64,000 nucleotides of DNA from contig OZ024743.1 in the NCBI GenBank assembly GCA_964016885.1, positions 336,412,001 to 336,476,000 on the forward strand, in the 5' to 3' direction. The notes under the pieces were generated by a model that saw only the letters and a list, made by a program, of their open reading frames with translations, was not told the DNA's origin and searched no databases. Each line of letters begins with the position of its first letter. Position 1 is the stretch's first letter. Shown one piece after another: positions 1 to 13,479 of the stretch. The translations under genes were made by a program, and so were the position numbers. The stretch is from Eledone cirrhosa. Its lineage: Eukaryota.

Positions 1-660
1 TGCACGCAATCGTCCAGTGTCCGTGCATTACTGACTTGTGGAGTTATGTTGAACAGCTGTTGTCGCGTGTAGAACGGATCCGGCTATCGGCCAAGTCCAT
101 AGTGAAGATCGACCCGCCGCCTTCTTTTGGCCAGGAAGGGCAGGCAATTCTCCTATGTCTGGTGGCAGTAGCGAAAGGGGTTGTATGGTGGACGAGGTTG
201 AAAGGACTGAAGACAGACACTTTTCTCTTCGGCCAATCCCTCATCAACTTTTTCAGGTTTCACTTGTAAAGGAAGGTGAGGGTGGAGAGAGAAGTGCTGC
301 CCCCCAGTACATTTGCTGAAAGGTGGGCGAATGTGGCGAGAATGGCCCGTGAGAGTGGGCCTACTCTGGTCATACGGCTGTAGGTAGGTAAATTTGAAGA
401 GGAGAGGGGTGCTCTTCCAGGGTGCTCTCGAAGCGTCGTGTCGTTCAGGACTGGTGGGGTACCTGAGCGAACCCTAGGTGGTCATCCCCCCTATTGGGGA
501 ATTTTTTCTTGTTGTAATTTTATTGTTACTTTATTGTTACTTTGTTATTGTTACTTTGTTTATTCATATTGTTTATTCGATTTTTCTGTAAAACCCCACT
601 GTCCCAGTCTTTTGTATTGTCCCCTATATGTCGGCCCTTGTGGCCAATAAATGAAATCAT
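1..660 (+). mobile_element. 3' end of Tx1/L1-clade non-LTR retrotransposon (decayed ORF2 C-terminus + 3'UTR)
   Basis: Translates as HAIVQCPCITDLWSYVEQLL...LCLVAVAKGVVWWTRLKG...FAERW (tail of the CCHC knuckle plus the Tx1-like C-terminus), with an in-frame stop at 267; ends AATAAA followed by (ATT)n. Confidence 0.65.
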
Positions 661-743
661 TATTATTATTATTATTTTCTTCTACTGAATTGCTGGCTGT
701 AGTCTTAAAAAGTAACCAATTCAATAAAGTTGCAAAGCAGTAT

Positions 744-809
744 AAAAGATATAATTGACAATAAGGGCTCTGGAACAAAAGATATAATTGGCAATAGGGG
801 CTCTGGAAC
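744..809. repeat. Two-copy 33-bp tandem repeat
   Basis: aaaagatataattgacaataagggctctggaac repeated, 2 mismatches. Confidence 0.9.
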
Positions 810-884
810 CACACCAGATGAAAGGGCCTGGCCCGGCAGGGGCCCTGGGTATCACATCCTGGGCCCGCCCGTCATTGTGCCACT

Positions 885-3730
885 ATGATAAAACTAAACA
901 AAACATTGAATATTGGCTGTTGGAACGTACGGACGCTGCTTGACAGGGATTTCTCCGGACGTCCTGAACAAAGGAGCGCTCTTGTTGCAAAGGAGCTTCG
1001 TCGTTACGATCTTTACATCATTGCTTTATCCGAGACGAGGTTAGCTGGAGATGGTTATCTTACAGAATTTTGTGGAAAATATACTGGAAAGGGAGAGATG
1101 AAGGAATAAGAAGAGAGCAGAGGCTGGGGTAGCATTTGCTGTTAAGACTGTTCTTGCAGATAAATTGGAAGAATTCCCAGTAGGGATGAGTGTGCGTCCT
1201 ATGAGAATTCCGCTTGACAAAGGAAGATATGACCCTGGTGAGTGTGTATGCTCCAGCGATGAATTCTGTTGATGAGGTAAAAGTGTCTTTCTACCAAAAT
1301 ATCCCTCAGGCAGACAAGGTTATCGTGCTTGGTGACATTAATGCTAGATTGGGTAGTGATTTTAACACATGGAATGTAATCAGAAGGCATGGCGTTGGAA
1401 AATGTAACAGCAATGGTATGCTCCTGTTGCAGATGCGTGAGGAGCTGGATCTGTGTGTTACCAACACCATGTTCCAACAAAAGAACAAATTTAAGATCAC
1501 ATGGATGCACCCTGCATCTAAAGAATGGCATCTTTTGGACTACGTCCTTATCAGCGTCCATGAGAGACGGGATATGCAGTGTGTCCGTATTCTTTGTGCG
1601 GCTGAGTGTTGGACGGACCACCGCCTGGTGCGTGCAAAAGTGAAACTAATCACTAAACGTAAAATCCGGGCTCCTGGTGTTACCCAGCCAAGAAGAGTGA
1701 ATGCTGGATATTTTAGAAATAATAGTGTGAAGAGGACATTGTGAGAAGAGATGCTTGTTGCAGATTTTGGTGAGGCTGGAGTAACTCTTAAAAAGTCGGT
1801 TTATGATGTAGGCAGGCGTGTTCTGGGTTTAGTGCAGAGAAATCATCAAGACTGGTTTAAAGAAAATGATGAACATATAGATGAATTGTTGACTGATAAG
1901 AGGCGTGCTCTGTCACGCTACTTGGCAGCAAAGCCACAAGAGAAGAATATATTACATAAGGAACTCAAGGATGTGAAATCACGTGTGAGGTGGAGGCTTT
2001 ATCAGATGAAGGATCAGTGGTGGCGTGAGAAGGCTAATGAGATACAAGCTGTATCAGATTCCAATAACACAAAGTTGTTCTACAGTCTCTTGCGTGAAGT
2101 TTCTAGACCGTCTTCTTCTCTGGTGACACTGCTTCGCAGCAGGCATGGCAAGGGATTTCTTCATGACGCACAGGGAATTCTGCAAAGGTGAAGAGAGCAC
2201 TTTGATGAATATTTGAATCAGCCGTCTGTCGTCAATGAAGATTTCCTCAATCTCATTGAAAAACCTGTGAAAGTAGCTCTCGCAGAACCACCGATGTTTG
2301 AGGAGGCTGCAGTATCTATCTCGAAGCTGAACAGTGGAAGGTCTCCAGGTATGGATGGCATACATTCAGAGCTCTTAAAATATAGTGGTGAAAGACTTCT
2401 GCCACGTATTCACTCTTTGTTTGGCAGGATATGGGTTAGTGAATCCGTACCGGGGTATATTCCAGCGCCGACCCTGTTTGTCATATACTTTGCGTGCATT
2501 CAGGAATTGTAAGCATGGTGTTTACATCTACTATTGAACCTCTGGCAACATATTTAACATCAGGCGCTTTGCTGCAAAGACAAAAGTATTTACATCAATC
2601 ATAAGAGACCTCTTGTATGCAGATGATTGCGATCTTGTAGCACACACAGAGAATGATATGCAGCGCATTTTGAACGCATTTTCTGATGCTTGCACTGCTC
2701 TAGGATTGACTGTCAGTCTCAAGAAAACCGTCGTCATGTACCAATCTGCCCCTAGTAAGCATTACAGTGAACCAAATATCTATGTGTATGGTAAACGACT
2801 TGGAGTGGTTGATAAGTTTGTCTACCTGGGAAGCACTGTCAATCGATACAGCAACTTTGATAATGAAATTCCACTCAGGATTAGGAAAGCAAGCGATGCT
2901 TTCAGAAAGCTAGAAAGGTGACTCTGGGGTCAGTGAGACATATGCAAGAAGATAAAGGTAAAGGTGCATGTGTGCTCTCTTCTCTTCTTTATGCATCCGA
3001 GACCTGGGTCACATATCGACACAATTAGAACGTTTCCATCAGATGTGTCTCAGACGGATCCATGGCGTTCACTGGAGGGACCACATCAGTGAGGTCGAGA
3101 TTTTGGAAGGCTCTCTGTGTGAAAGTATAGAAGCTGTTGTGCTTATGCGAAAAATCCTGCCAGGATGAAGGATTCTAGAATACCGAAAAAAAACTCTTTT
3201 ATGGAGAGTTATTTAAAGGAAATCGACCTCCACATAAACCAAAAAAGAGGTATAAGGATTTGTTGAAAGCCTCCTTGAAAAACGCTAACATCTACATGGG
3301 AAAGCGTAGCTGTTGATCGTAATAAATCGAAAAAAACTGTAAATGAGGAGAAAGTTGCTTTTGAAGCATCTTGAATCGCATACGAGAAAGTAAAAATGGA
3401 TGACAGGAAAGGCATTGCTGTGGCATTTCCAGACAGCGAAGGGCCTCCTATGGCGCTGACATGCAGCGTCTGTACGAGACTCTGCCTCAGCAAAGCTGGG
3501 CTCGAAAGTCATCTTCGCAGTCATAAAGTGAGACCAGTGGTTGACTACCAGGCTGCTGTCGAAGATGCTACTCATCATGCCCGCCAAGCATATGGAAGAG
3601 AATGTAAATCAGCAGGAGGGCTCAAACGAGATGCAAAAGTACATGAAACCCAACCACAGCCGGCTATTGCCAGTGAATGTTTTGGTTGCAAACTCTGTGC
3701 AAGACACTTTAGCTCATTGGCTGGGTTAAA
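885..3730 (+). mobile_element. Decayed RTE-clade LINE (APE endonuclease + RT + C-terminal C2H2 zinc fingers)
   Basis: ORF fragments: IGCWNVRTLL, ALSETRL, SVYAP, LGDINAR, TWMHP..WHLLDY, WTDHRLV (APE); GRSPGMDGI, YADDCDL, FVYLGS (RT); CSVC..CLSKAGLESH and CKLC..FSSLAGLK (ZnF). Many frameshifts and stops; internal deletion near 2454 removes the central RT motifs. Confidence 0.9.
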
Positions 3731-3789
3731 ATTAGGGAATCGAGTTTCTCCCTATAGCTGCGTGTTTGTTGTTTCATTTCATATACGGC

Positions 3790-4510
3790 ATTAGTAAGAG
3801 AGTCGTACTTACTTATTATTATGGAGAGTTTTTCTGAGATTTCCTGTAATATTGTCCCCGATTTGAGGGATTCAGTAACAGATTTTGAACGTGTGTTAGC
3901 CATTCTGTCGTGTACAAGGTAGTAGAATATTGGTGAGATCCTTGGTACAGTTAGGTATCTTTGAAAAAAAGGGAAATAATGATTTCACTTGTAGTGTTAA
4001 ATGAATGCACTCATAAAAGAGGCACAAATTATAAATAGTAGACGCCAAGCACCCAGCCTAAAGAAACTGCTTACCAACACAAAATTTACGTCTAATAATG
4101 AAGCAATGCCAGTTAAGAAATGCGGGGACCCTCGATGCGGAACTTGCGAATACATTGAAGAGGGTGGACAAATATCCTTTAAAAACAACCAGTCTTTCAC
4201 AGTTAATGCACACATGAATTGCAAAACAAAAAACTTAATTTACTGTGCAATCTGCCCACAATGTAAAGAATACTACATTGGTGAAACCGGAACGGGTCTA
4301 CATGACAGAGTTCGAGTACATAAACAACAAATTAGAGACCCCTCTGTCAGAAACACCTCATGCAGTGAACACTGCGCAAGATGCGGAGAGGGAAATTTCA
4401 CAATTTTCCCCTTCTTTAAGATATGGTCGGGCAACGAACATTTCCGAAAATATAAGGAAGAATTCTTTATTAGAAAATACAAAGCACTTCTGAACACAAA
4501 AAAGTGATAT
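3790..4510 (+). mobile_element. 5'-truncated Neptune-type Penelope-like element: Zn finger + GIY-YIG fragment (4001-4507) preceded by an inverted piece (3790-3990)
   Basis: KCGDPRCGTC, NCKTKNLIYCAICPQCKEYYIGETG..RVRVH; close paralog of 39422-40107; 3938-3958 is the exact reverse complement of 42186-42206. Confidence 0.85.
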
Positions 4511-4849
4511 TCCATCTACAAATACCCCCCCCCCCTCCTCTCTCTTTTCTTTAAAAAATCTCATATTGAAAAAGATATGATAGTTGATGACACCCGTACT
4601 TTCAAACATTCGATCGTTGAAGAGAAGAAAAACCCTCAGAGGTACAATAACATTTCATTAATTTCCCCTTCCCCACACCAATGTATATATGAACTTAAAC
4701 ACTTGAGTAGATGTGTGTACATATATGTATGTATAGATGTGTTTTTTTATATATGTGTCTGTAGGTATACAGATATGTGTGTACATGTTTATATGTATGT
4801 GTGCATATGTGTGTGTATATATATGTGTATATATGCACGTGCGTATGTG

Positions 4850-4890
<41 letters not shown>

Positions 4891-5032
4891 CGTGTGTGTG
4901 TGTATATATATATATGTGTTGTGTATGTTTATGTGTATACGTATGTACATGCATGTGTGGGTGTATGCATGTGTGTGTATATATGCGTATGTGTGTGTAT
5001 ATATATATGTATGTGTATATATATGTGTGGGC

Positions 5033-5080
<48 letters not shown>

Positions 5081-5508
5081 TGATATGTATGTGTATGTGT
5101 GTGTATGTAATTAATATATATATATGGACTGTAAATATATTTACATATAGGGAGGTGAATATGTGAGCTAGCATGCCCTCCACACACACACTTCCTCTCC
5201 CAAACCAATATCAACAACACAACTTTGTCAAATGTTCCAAAACTATCCTTTTTTTTGTCCCTTCACTGTCATCCCAGTCTTATCAAAAGATATGTATCTT
5301 ACATCTCATTAAAACCCAGACACGTACCTAAATTCATCTTTGATATAGAAATTTGTAGAAGATATTTTTTTATAAATTTAAGAGAGTTGATTCAGCTATG
5401 CCATTATATACTCATCAAGGGTCAGCTAATCAAATAAAACCAGCAGGAGGAGATATTTACAACAACCTTCTCAAACACCCTTATCTTGCAACCTCACCAT
5501 TTTCTGAG

Positions 5509-5548
<40 letters not shown>

Positions 5549-5862
5549 CTTTAATTCCTCCAAATCTTCATCAACACTCATTAACACCACACACCACACT
5601 CCAGACACATCCAAATCTCTCTTATATATAGTCACATACCTCAACACAACCTGAGCTCAGTTTGACAATCGCCACCGACGAATGCGAGAAAGTTCTCCAA
5701 CAAAGTTAACCAGGAATCTTTAAAATTCTTCCCACCGAAGTTAACAAAGAACTTAGTGGATCTACCAACTCATAATATTATAATATTATAAAATTAAATC
5801 AAATTAAATCAAATCTTAACCATTTAACATCTCAGGGTATGTCATGTATCATTATCTTTTGT

Positions 5863-5899
5863 CTGATGAGGACGTACTGTTGTACATCTGAAATATGAA
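5863..5899 (+). ncRNA. Degenerate hammerhead-ribozyme-like motif (PLE pLTR remnant)
   Basis: CTGATGA-ggacgtac tgtt gtacatct-GAAA tatga; helix II present, helices I and III not convincing. Confidence 0.45.
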
Positions 5900-6139
5900 T
5901 AATAAAATGTAATTGATAAAAAGAACATCTATTTTATTAATATTTGTATTTTAATATTAATAACTCTGGAAAATTATTTCCATAGAGTGCTTCCAATCTA
6001 CTGTAAAACTCATTCTCTGATATACTCATTGAATATTGTTTAACTCTTTAATATATATATATGTACATATACATATATATATATATGTGTGTGTATATGT
6101 ATATATATATATGTATATATATACATATATATATATATA

Positions 6140-6265
6140 TCGACCCCGTAAGGAGGAAAGGCAAAGTCAACCTCGGTGGGATTTGAATTCAGAACGTAAA
6201 GGGACGTAACTATGCTGGAAAGCATCGCGTCCGACCCTCTACCGATACTGCAAATCCACCACCAA
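6140..6265 (-). mobile_element. tRNA-derived SINE (octopus-type family A), partial
   Basis: Minus strand ...ctgaattcaaatcccaccgaggttgactttgcctttcctccttacggggtcga (B-box + conserved core); same family at 20944, 24582, 28142, 36143, 55152. Confidence 0.85.
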
Positions 6266-6271
6266 TAATAA

Positions 6272-6365
<94 letters not shown>

Positions 6366-6378
6366 ATATATATTATAT

Positions 6379-7836
<1,458 letters not shown>

Positions 7837-7983
7837 TATTTTCCGTTGTGTTGTAATATAAATATTACACACAGTAGATTATCAGCTCACGTAGAGTTTG
7901 CTCGACGGTTCCAGTTGTAGTTCCAAAAGTAATCCGGAGAAAAATAGAAAGATTTGAATGGATACAGTTTAGTTGAAAGGAAT

Positions 7984-8103
7984 TTATTGACACGTGTTTC
8001 TATAACAGTTACATAACCTAAAACAGCTGCTATCTACAAACTTTTAGTTATGCAGACATTCAATATTTCAATGTTATTATTTACTGTCATTTCATCAGAA
8101 TAA
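7984..8103 (-). ncRNA. Type I hammerhead ribozyme with extended helix II (3' pLTR copy)
   Basis: ttatt-CTGATGA-[91 nt]-GAAA-cacgtg-TC-aataa. Confidence 0.75.
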
Positions 8104-8659
8104 TATTACTGAGGACCTATTTAGTTTTTATAGAGAATATTAGGAGGGAGGGGTGAAGTTGTTAGAAGAATAGTAGAAGGAGTGGTTTTTCGATAGCAGT
8201 GAGATTTCTTGGTGGCAGTGAGTAATTAGATTCCCATCTGTTGTTTTGGCATTTTTTATAGAATATATTATTGGTTATTTTTCTAAATCTATAGAAGGAT
8301 TAGAGATAGTAAAGATATGCGTGGTTGGTTTTGTGTTTGCACTTAATTAACATTCAGACTTAAATTTTTCTTTCAAGTGTACGTATCCTTTCACCCACGC
8401 ATTCACACACAAATATATTTGCACACCTCTACAAAATACATATACTCACAATTCACATATTCATACTTACATATATATACACATGCATACACATATATAT
8501 ACACACATGTATTCATGTACATACATACGCGCTCATGTGTATACATTTTCATACTCAACTTATCTTTATATACACACGTATAGACACACACATATATACA
8601 TACATACTCTAGTCCATGTGTACACACATACACATACATACACATCCATATACACATAT

Positions 8660-8756
<97 letters not shown>

Positions 8757-9025
8757 CACTTTAATACATGAATACACTTACATCTAACTATACACATCAA
8801 ACATATATATATATATTTACTTATTTATATACATTTTCACATATATATACATACTTATGGACGTTTTTAGACACATTCATTATCGCATATTTGTACCTAT
8901 TCTCATCAGCATATCTTTCCATTATCAGTGTGGTAATTTAAGGTTATTAATATATGTTGAGAAGAGATTGTTTTTATATTTTTCTAACTAGATTAAGGTT
9001 TATATAGTTGGGGGATGTCCCTCTT

Positions 9026-11347
9026 TTATGTAATATTCGGCTTGTAGTGGGAAAAAAGGGTTTTAGTTCTGTGACGGCAGAATAATGTTCGTTCAATTCT
9101 GTTATTCAGCAGTTTCTTCTTGTGTGTGATTATGTAATAAATCTCAAGATTACACAATTTGCAGAAATTTTGGCTCCTGGAAAAGCTTTGGGTTTTAGCT
9201 AATTTTTCCCATTTTAGGGTAAACTTTTGATCGCTATCCCTGAGCGTCCAAGCTTTTTCTGCTAAAGTTGTTACATTTCTTTGGCTCTGGTGTTTTATTG
9301 AGTAAGAATGCCTATACAATCGAGATTTAAACGATGTTGCCGTTGATCCCACGTAATACCACTCGTTGCCTCCGGATTTAATGGTACACTTATAAATAAT
9401 ATTTTTTTCCAGGCAGTTATTGCCGAGGGGGCAGTTGTCAGGATAGGTGCAGTTACAGTTGTGTACGTTGGGTTTTCTCTGGAGTAGTATTGCGGACGAA
9501 CTTAGGTGTGGTTTATTTATGTTCTGTAGTGTATTGTCTACTGTTTTTTTTGTGTTCTTTGTACTTAAGTTCTTAGTGTTTTCGTTTAACCTTCTAGTAT
9601 TGATCTTTTTTATGTGTTGTTCAAGGTTTAACGCTGTAGAGTATGACAGTCTTATAGTGGTAGGGTTTAGGATTTTGTGGTATTTGTGTGATGTGGGAAA
9701 ATGTCTTTTAATTATTTTAAAGAAGAGTACTGGTAAATTTGTACTAATGGAACTATTGTATTCGGGGTTATACCATAAGTACTCTTTGCATCGCTTTCTA
9801 TTAGTTTTGTTTGTTGGTTTACTGGTGTGCATACTATGGTAGTAAGTGTGGTTTGGTGTTGTGTTATTATATCTACCTATGTGGGATGTATTTTGGGTGT
9901 TTTGATTGTTCCCATCTATGTACTCTATTTTGTTGAGGTAGCCTGCTTTACTAAGGGCGTTATCGTAGTACTCGGCGTGTTCCTTAAATACTTGTATGTT
10001 AGAAGATAGACCCGAGATTCTAAGGGAAATATTTTTAGGGATAGATTTAATTATAGAGATGGGGTGGTTAGACCCAACATTTACGTATTTGAGATTTTCA
10101 TTCAATTTATGAAACGGTTTAATCAAACCAGAGTTTAAATTGAGTGTGACATCCAGGAAGTTAACTACTTTAAGGTTGTATTCATATGTTATAGTTAGTC
10201 CTATTTCGAGTAGTAGTTTTCTTATATCTTTGCGTAGTTTTTCTAGTTTTTGGTTATTAAGGTTTTTAGCTAGGAGGAGAACATCGTCGCGGTATATTCC
10301 GCCGTGGAGATTGCTGAATTTTTCCTGGAGTCTAAAGGCGATAAATAACCCCACAATATCAGTTATTTCCGCCGAATCGTTAGAGCCCATTGTTATGTCA
10401 AAGTTAGAGGGTCTATCTTTACGTACCCAATAACTGTTCTCAAATTTGACTATAGTTTTCCTAGCTTCTAATATAATCTTAATTTCATCGTTTGTAAGGT
10501 CAGAGTTATCCTTAGCAAACTTAATGGCTCTATTCAAAGTTTCAGGTGATATCGATGAGTAATATTCATCGATATCAAACTGGATAAACTTAGATTTATT
10601 CTTATTGCTAATGCTATTAAACCATCTTATTGCTTCTTGGGTCTTCCCCCAGAGTTTAATGTTAACCTTAGCCTTAATTTGGGGGATGATTCTATCTAAG
10701 ATATATTTGCTTATTTTACCTATATCTGATTTAGAGGGGCAGATTAATCTAATTTTAGGGTCATTATCAAAGTTTACCTTGTGGTCCTTAAGATTGAAGG
10801 TGGGTACCGCCGGTAAGAGTGGTCCTGTCCTATCTTCGATTCCGAGATGTTTCACTATTTCGCATGCCTCATCATTGATGTGCTTAAGGGTTACTTCACT
10901 CGTTTTTCTATATTTTTTATGTAATTCTTTTCGAATGAAGTTGTTGTATGTAGTGCAATCCATAGTGTACAGGTTTGATGTTTTGTCCGCTTTTACTACA
11001 ATTCCTTTGGTGTTTTTAAGGTCGTCCAGTAGTTTTTTTATATCTTTCTGTAATTTGCTGTTGGTGATGCGTCCTTTGAATTTAATTTTAAGGATTAAGT
11101 TCATAAGGTCCTGCTCAAATGCATCTAATAGTGGGTTGGTGGGTGGGTTTTTACAAGTCCTAAAACCGAATTTGTTGTTTACACCACTTTCTAATGTTGA
11201 GTTCATACGGCTTCTATCATAGTGGAGCGTTTTCCACCTGACACGTCGAATGAATTCATTAGTTTTTTGAATCATACTCAATAAATATTCCTTTCTACCT
11301 TGGGTTGGTATGTTTTTGAGTGACATATCCAGGTAGTGTTTTTCCAT
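9026..11347 (-). CDS. PLE polyprotein: reverse transcriptase + GIY-YIG endonuclease (773 aa, uninterrupted)
   Basis: SLKNIP N-terminus, ADKT.N.Y, LKDHK.NF...RLI, FIQFDI..YY, FDITMGS, YRDD, FLDVTL; CNC..CP..C, NIIYKC..YYVG..FKSR...H, CKLC..E, CRHR. Confidence 0.95.
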   Translation of the reverse strand: MEKHYLDMSLKNIPTQGRKEYLLSMIQKTNEFIRRVRWKTLHYDRSRMNSTLESGVNNKFGFRTCKNPPTNPLLDAFEQDLMNLILKIKFKGRITNSKLQKDIKKLLDDLKNTKGIVVKADKTSNLYTMDCTTYNNFIRKELHKKYRKTSEVTLKHINDEACEIVKHLGIEDRTGPLLPAVPTFNLKDHKVNFDNDPKIRLICPSKSDIGKISKYILDRIIPQIKAKVNIKLWGKTQEAIRWFNSISNKNKSKFIQFDIDEYYSSISPETLNRAIKFAKDNSDLTNDEIKIILEARKTIVKFENSYWVRKDRPSNFDITMGSNDSAEITDIVGLFIAFRLQEKFSNLHGGIYRDDVLLLAKNLNNQKLEKLRKDIRKLLLEIGLTITYEYNLKVVNFLDVTLNLNSGLIKPFHKLNENLKYVNVGSNHPISIIKSIPKNISLRISGLSSNIQVFKEHAEYYDNALSKAGYLNKIEYIDGNNQNTQNTSHIGRYNNTTPNHTYYHSMHTSKPTNKTNRKRCKEYLWYNPEYNSSISTNLPVLFFKIIKRHFPTSHKYHKILNPTTIRLSYSTALNLEQHIKKINTRRLNENTKNLSTKNTKKTVDNTLQNINKPHLSSSAILLQRKPNVHNCNCTYPDNCPLGNNCLEKNIIYKCTIKSGGNEWYYVGSTATSFKSRLYRHSYSIKHQSQRNVTTLAEKAWTLRDSDQKFTLKWEKLAKTQSFSRSQNFCKLCNLEIYYIITHKKKLLNNRIERTLFCRHRTKTLFSHYKPNIT

Positions 11348-11551
11348 TGTTGTGGTTGCGTTTGCTGTGTGGGTTGCTCGACTTTACAGGAGGTAAATAT
11401 ACAGTATTTTCCGTTGTGTTGTAATATAAATATTACACACAGTAGATTATCAGCTCACGTAGAGTTTGCTCGACGGTTCCAGTTGTAGTTCCAAAAGTAA
11501 TCCGGAGAAAAATAGAAAGATTTGAATGGATACAGTTTAGTTGAAAGGAAT

Positions 11552-11671
11552 TTATTGACACATGTTTCTATAACAGTTACATAACCTAAAACAGCTGCTA
11601 TCTACAAACTTTTAGTTATGCAGACATTCAATATTTCAATGTTATTATTTACTGTCATTTCATCAGAATAA
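11552..11671 (-). ncRNA. Type I hammerhead ribozyme with extended helix II (5' pLTR copy)
   Basis: Same as 7984-8103 except helix III reads catgtg. Confidence 0.72.
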
Positions 11672-11777
11672 TATTACTGAGGACCTATTTAGTTTTTATA
11701 GAGAATATTAGGAGGGAGGGGTGAAGTTGTTAGAAGAATAATATTTTCTATAAAAACTAAATAGGTCCTCAGTAATA

Positions 11778-11897
11778 TTATTCTGATGAAATGACAGTAA
11801 ATAATAACATTGAAATATTGAATGTCTGCATAACTAAAAGTTTGTAGATAGCAGCTGTTTTAGGTTATGTAACTGTTATAGAAACACGTGTCAATAA
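11778..11897 (+). ncRNA. Type I hammerhead ribozyme with extended helix II (inverted pLTR copy)
   Basis: ttatt CTGATGA a atgacagt...actgttat a GAAA cacgtg TC aataa. Confidence 0.75.
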
Positions 11898-11931
11898 ATT
11901 CCTTTCAACTAAACTGTATCCATTCAAATCT

Positions 11932-11984
<53 letters not shown>

Positions 11985-12142
11985 TAAGGATACTATTTAT
12001 GGTTATGTATATTTTAAACTTTTTATAGTTATGTATATTTTAAACCTTAAACAGTGAACGTCAGTAATTTATTACTACCTTATTACCAGTAAGATAAATA
12101 GCTCAATGTAATAACAACAGTTGTTCTACAGAGCAGTTATAT

Positions 12143-13393
12143 AGAATTCACAAGAATCAAAGCTATGTTCAAAGCATTTATTCACTTACAATTGTTTCAT
12201 CCAAACCTAGGCTTGGAGTCTTCGGACCATTTTTCAATGTTTGTACATATACGTGACCTCCTTTCCAACGCAAGAGACAAACAAATACATATATATATAT
12301 TTATGTACAGTGGAGTGACATATATTATACTAGACTATATTTGTACAGCAATTCAAATTCAAAATCAAAATCAAAATCAAAATCAAAATTAAAATCAAAC
12401 TCAAAATAAAAATTAAAATACATTCGGCAGATAACACAGATAATGTAAGGGGATAGTTTGATAGTCAGATCTAGTAGGTAGTGTATGCGTTAGTTGCATA
12501 TGGAGCATCCAAGTGTGTCTCATTTATATACGATTATTGTGTGGCAAGGTGTTACATGTAATGTAAGCACTTTAAGCGGGTAAGCAAGAGCATTATGGTG
12601 GTTGTAGTGGTAGGGCATTTTTTGTATAGATCAATAAAGTATGTGTGCAGAGAAAGGAAAAGAAGAAGAAAAAGAAAATTATGGTTTTCGTATCCACCAC
12701 CATTTTCACATTCAGAAAAAGTAAGGGATAATTTTTACATCCATCACATAAGTTACGATGATTCCGTATTGAATGTTTGATGCATTAAATTATTGTAGCG
12801 TATTGAGGCTCAGTGTTATTTAATCCATATTTATAGAATAGGTTCTTTCTGCTGCGAGATTTACAGTGGTTTATTACCCGGAAGTAGGTGCGTAATTAAG
12901 GGGAGTTAATGCGTAAGGGGAGGTAACTAGCTGATTATCATATCTAAATTCATTGTTCTAACATACATTATATGGTGCCTCAATTGAGTCCCTTATAATA
13001 AAGGTTATATATTTATATCTAATTTTCAATTTTAAATACAGTCTACTCTATCAAAATGTGTTAAAGGTATCTATAGGAAGTTGATTACTCCTTAATATAT
13101 ATCGCTATAATTGAATTTTCCATACAAAGTGCTTAAAGTGCTTGCATTACATGTAACACCTTGCCACACAATAATCGTATATAAATGAGACACACTTGAA
13201 TGCTCCATGTGTAACTAACGCATACACTACCTACTAGATCTGACTATCAAATTATCCTCTTACATTATCTGTGTTATCTGCCGAATGTATTTTAATTTTG
13301 ATTTTAATTTTGATTTTGATTTTGATTTTGATTTTGAATTTGAATTGCTGTACAAATATAGTATAGTATAATATATGTCACTCCACTGTACAT

Positions 13394-13479
<86 letters not shown>

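Larger units (their letters stand above)
7831..11936 (-). mobile_element. Full-length Naiad-type Penelope-like element (Naiad-1): inverted partial pLTR 11742-11936, 5' pLTR 11399-11741, ORF, 3' pLTR 7831-8172
   Basis: The ~340-bp direct repeats are near-identical (I see 1 substitution); inverted copy at the 5' end; (TA)n on both flanks; no TSD. Confidence 0.93.

Noticed and set aside
820-884. GC-rich palindromic stretch upstream of the RTE as an HDV-like ribozyme
   Set aside because: I could not build the nested double pseudoknot
4577-5220. Many ORFs rich in YI/CV/HT repeats here and across the window (e.g. 40219-41537)
   Set aside because: Translations of TA/TG microsatellites, not genes
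9447-11222. Plus-strand ORFs opposite the PLE ORF (similarly 14167-15162 and 17397-18414)
   Set aside because: Antisense shadows of the element ORFs
9026-11347. Selenoprotein-type Naiad (in-frame UGA plus SECIS)
   Set aside because: No in-frame UGA in Naiad-1 or Naiad-2; the AUGA-containing 3' modules of Naiad-2 lack a SECIS helix and apical AA
11383-11460. Possible 5'UTR intron in Naiad-1 (gtgagc...taaag)
   Set aside because: Splice signals are weak and cannot be supported without transcripts
11783-11826. Short hammerhead using the first GAAA at 11812
   Set aside because: No satisfactory helix I or cleavage triplet; the long form closes properly
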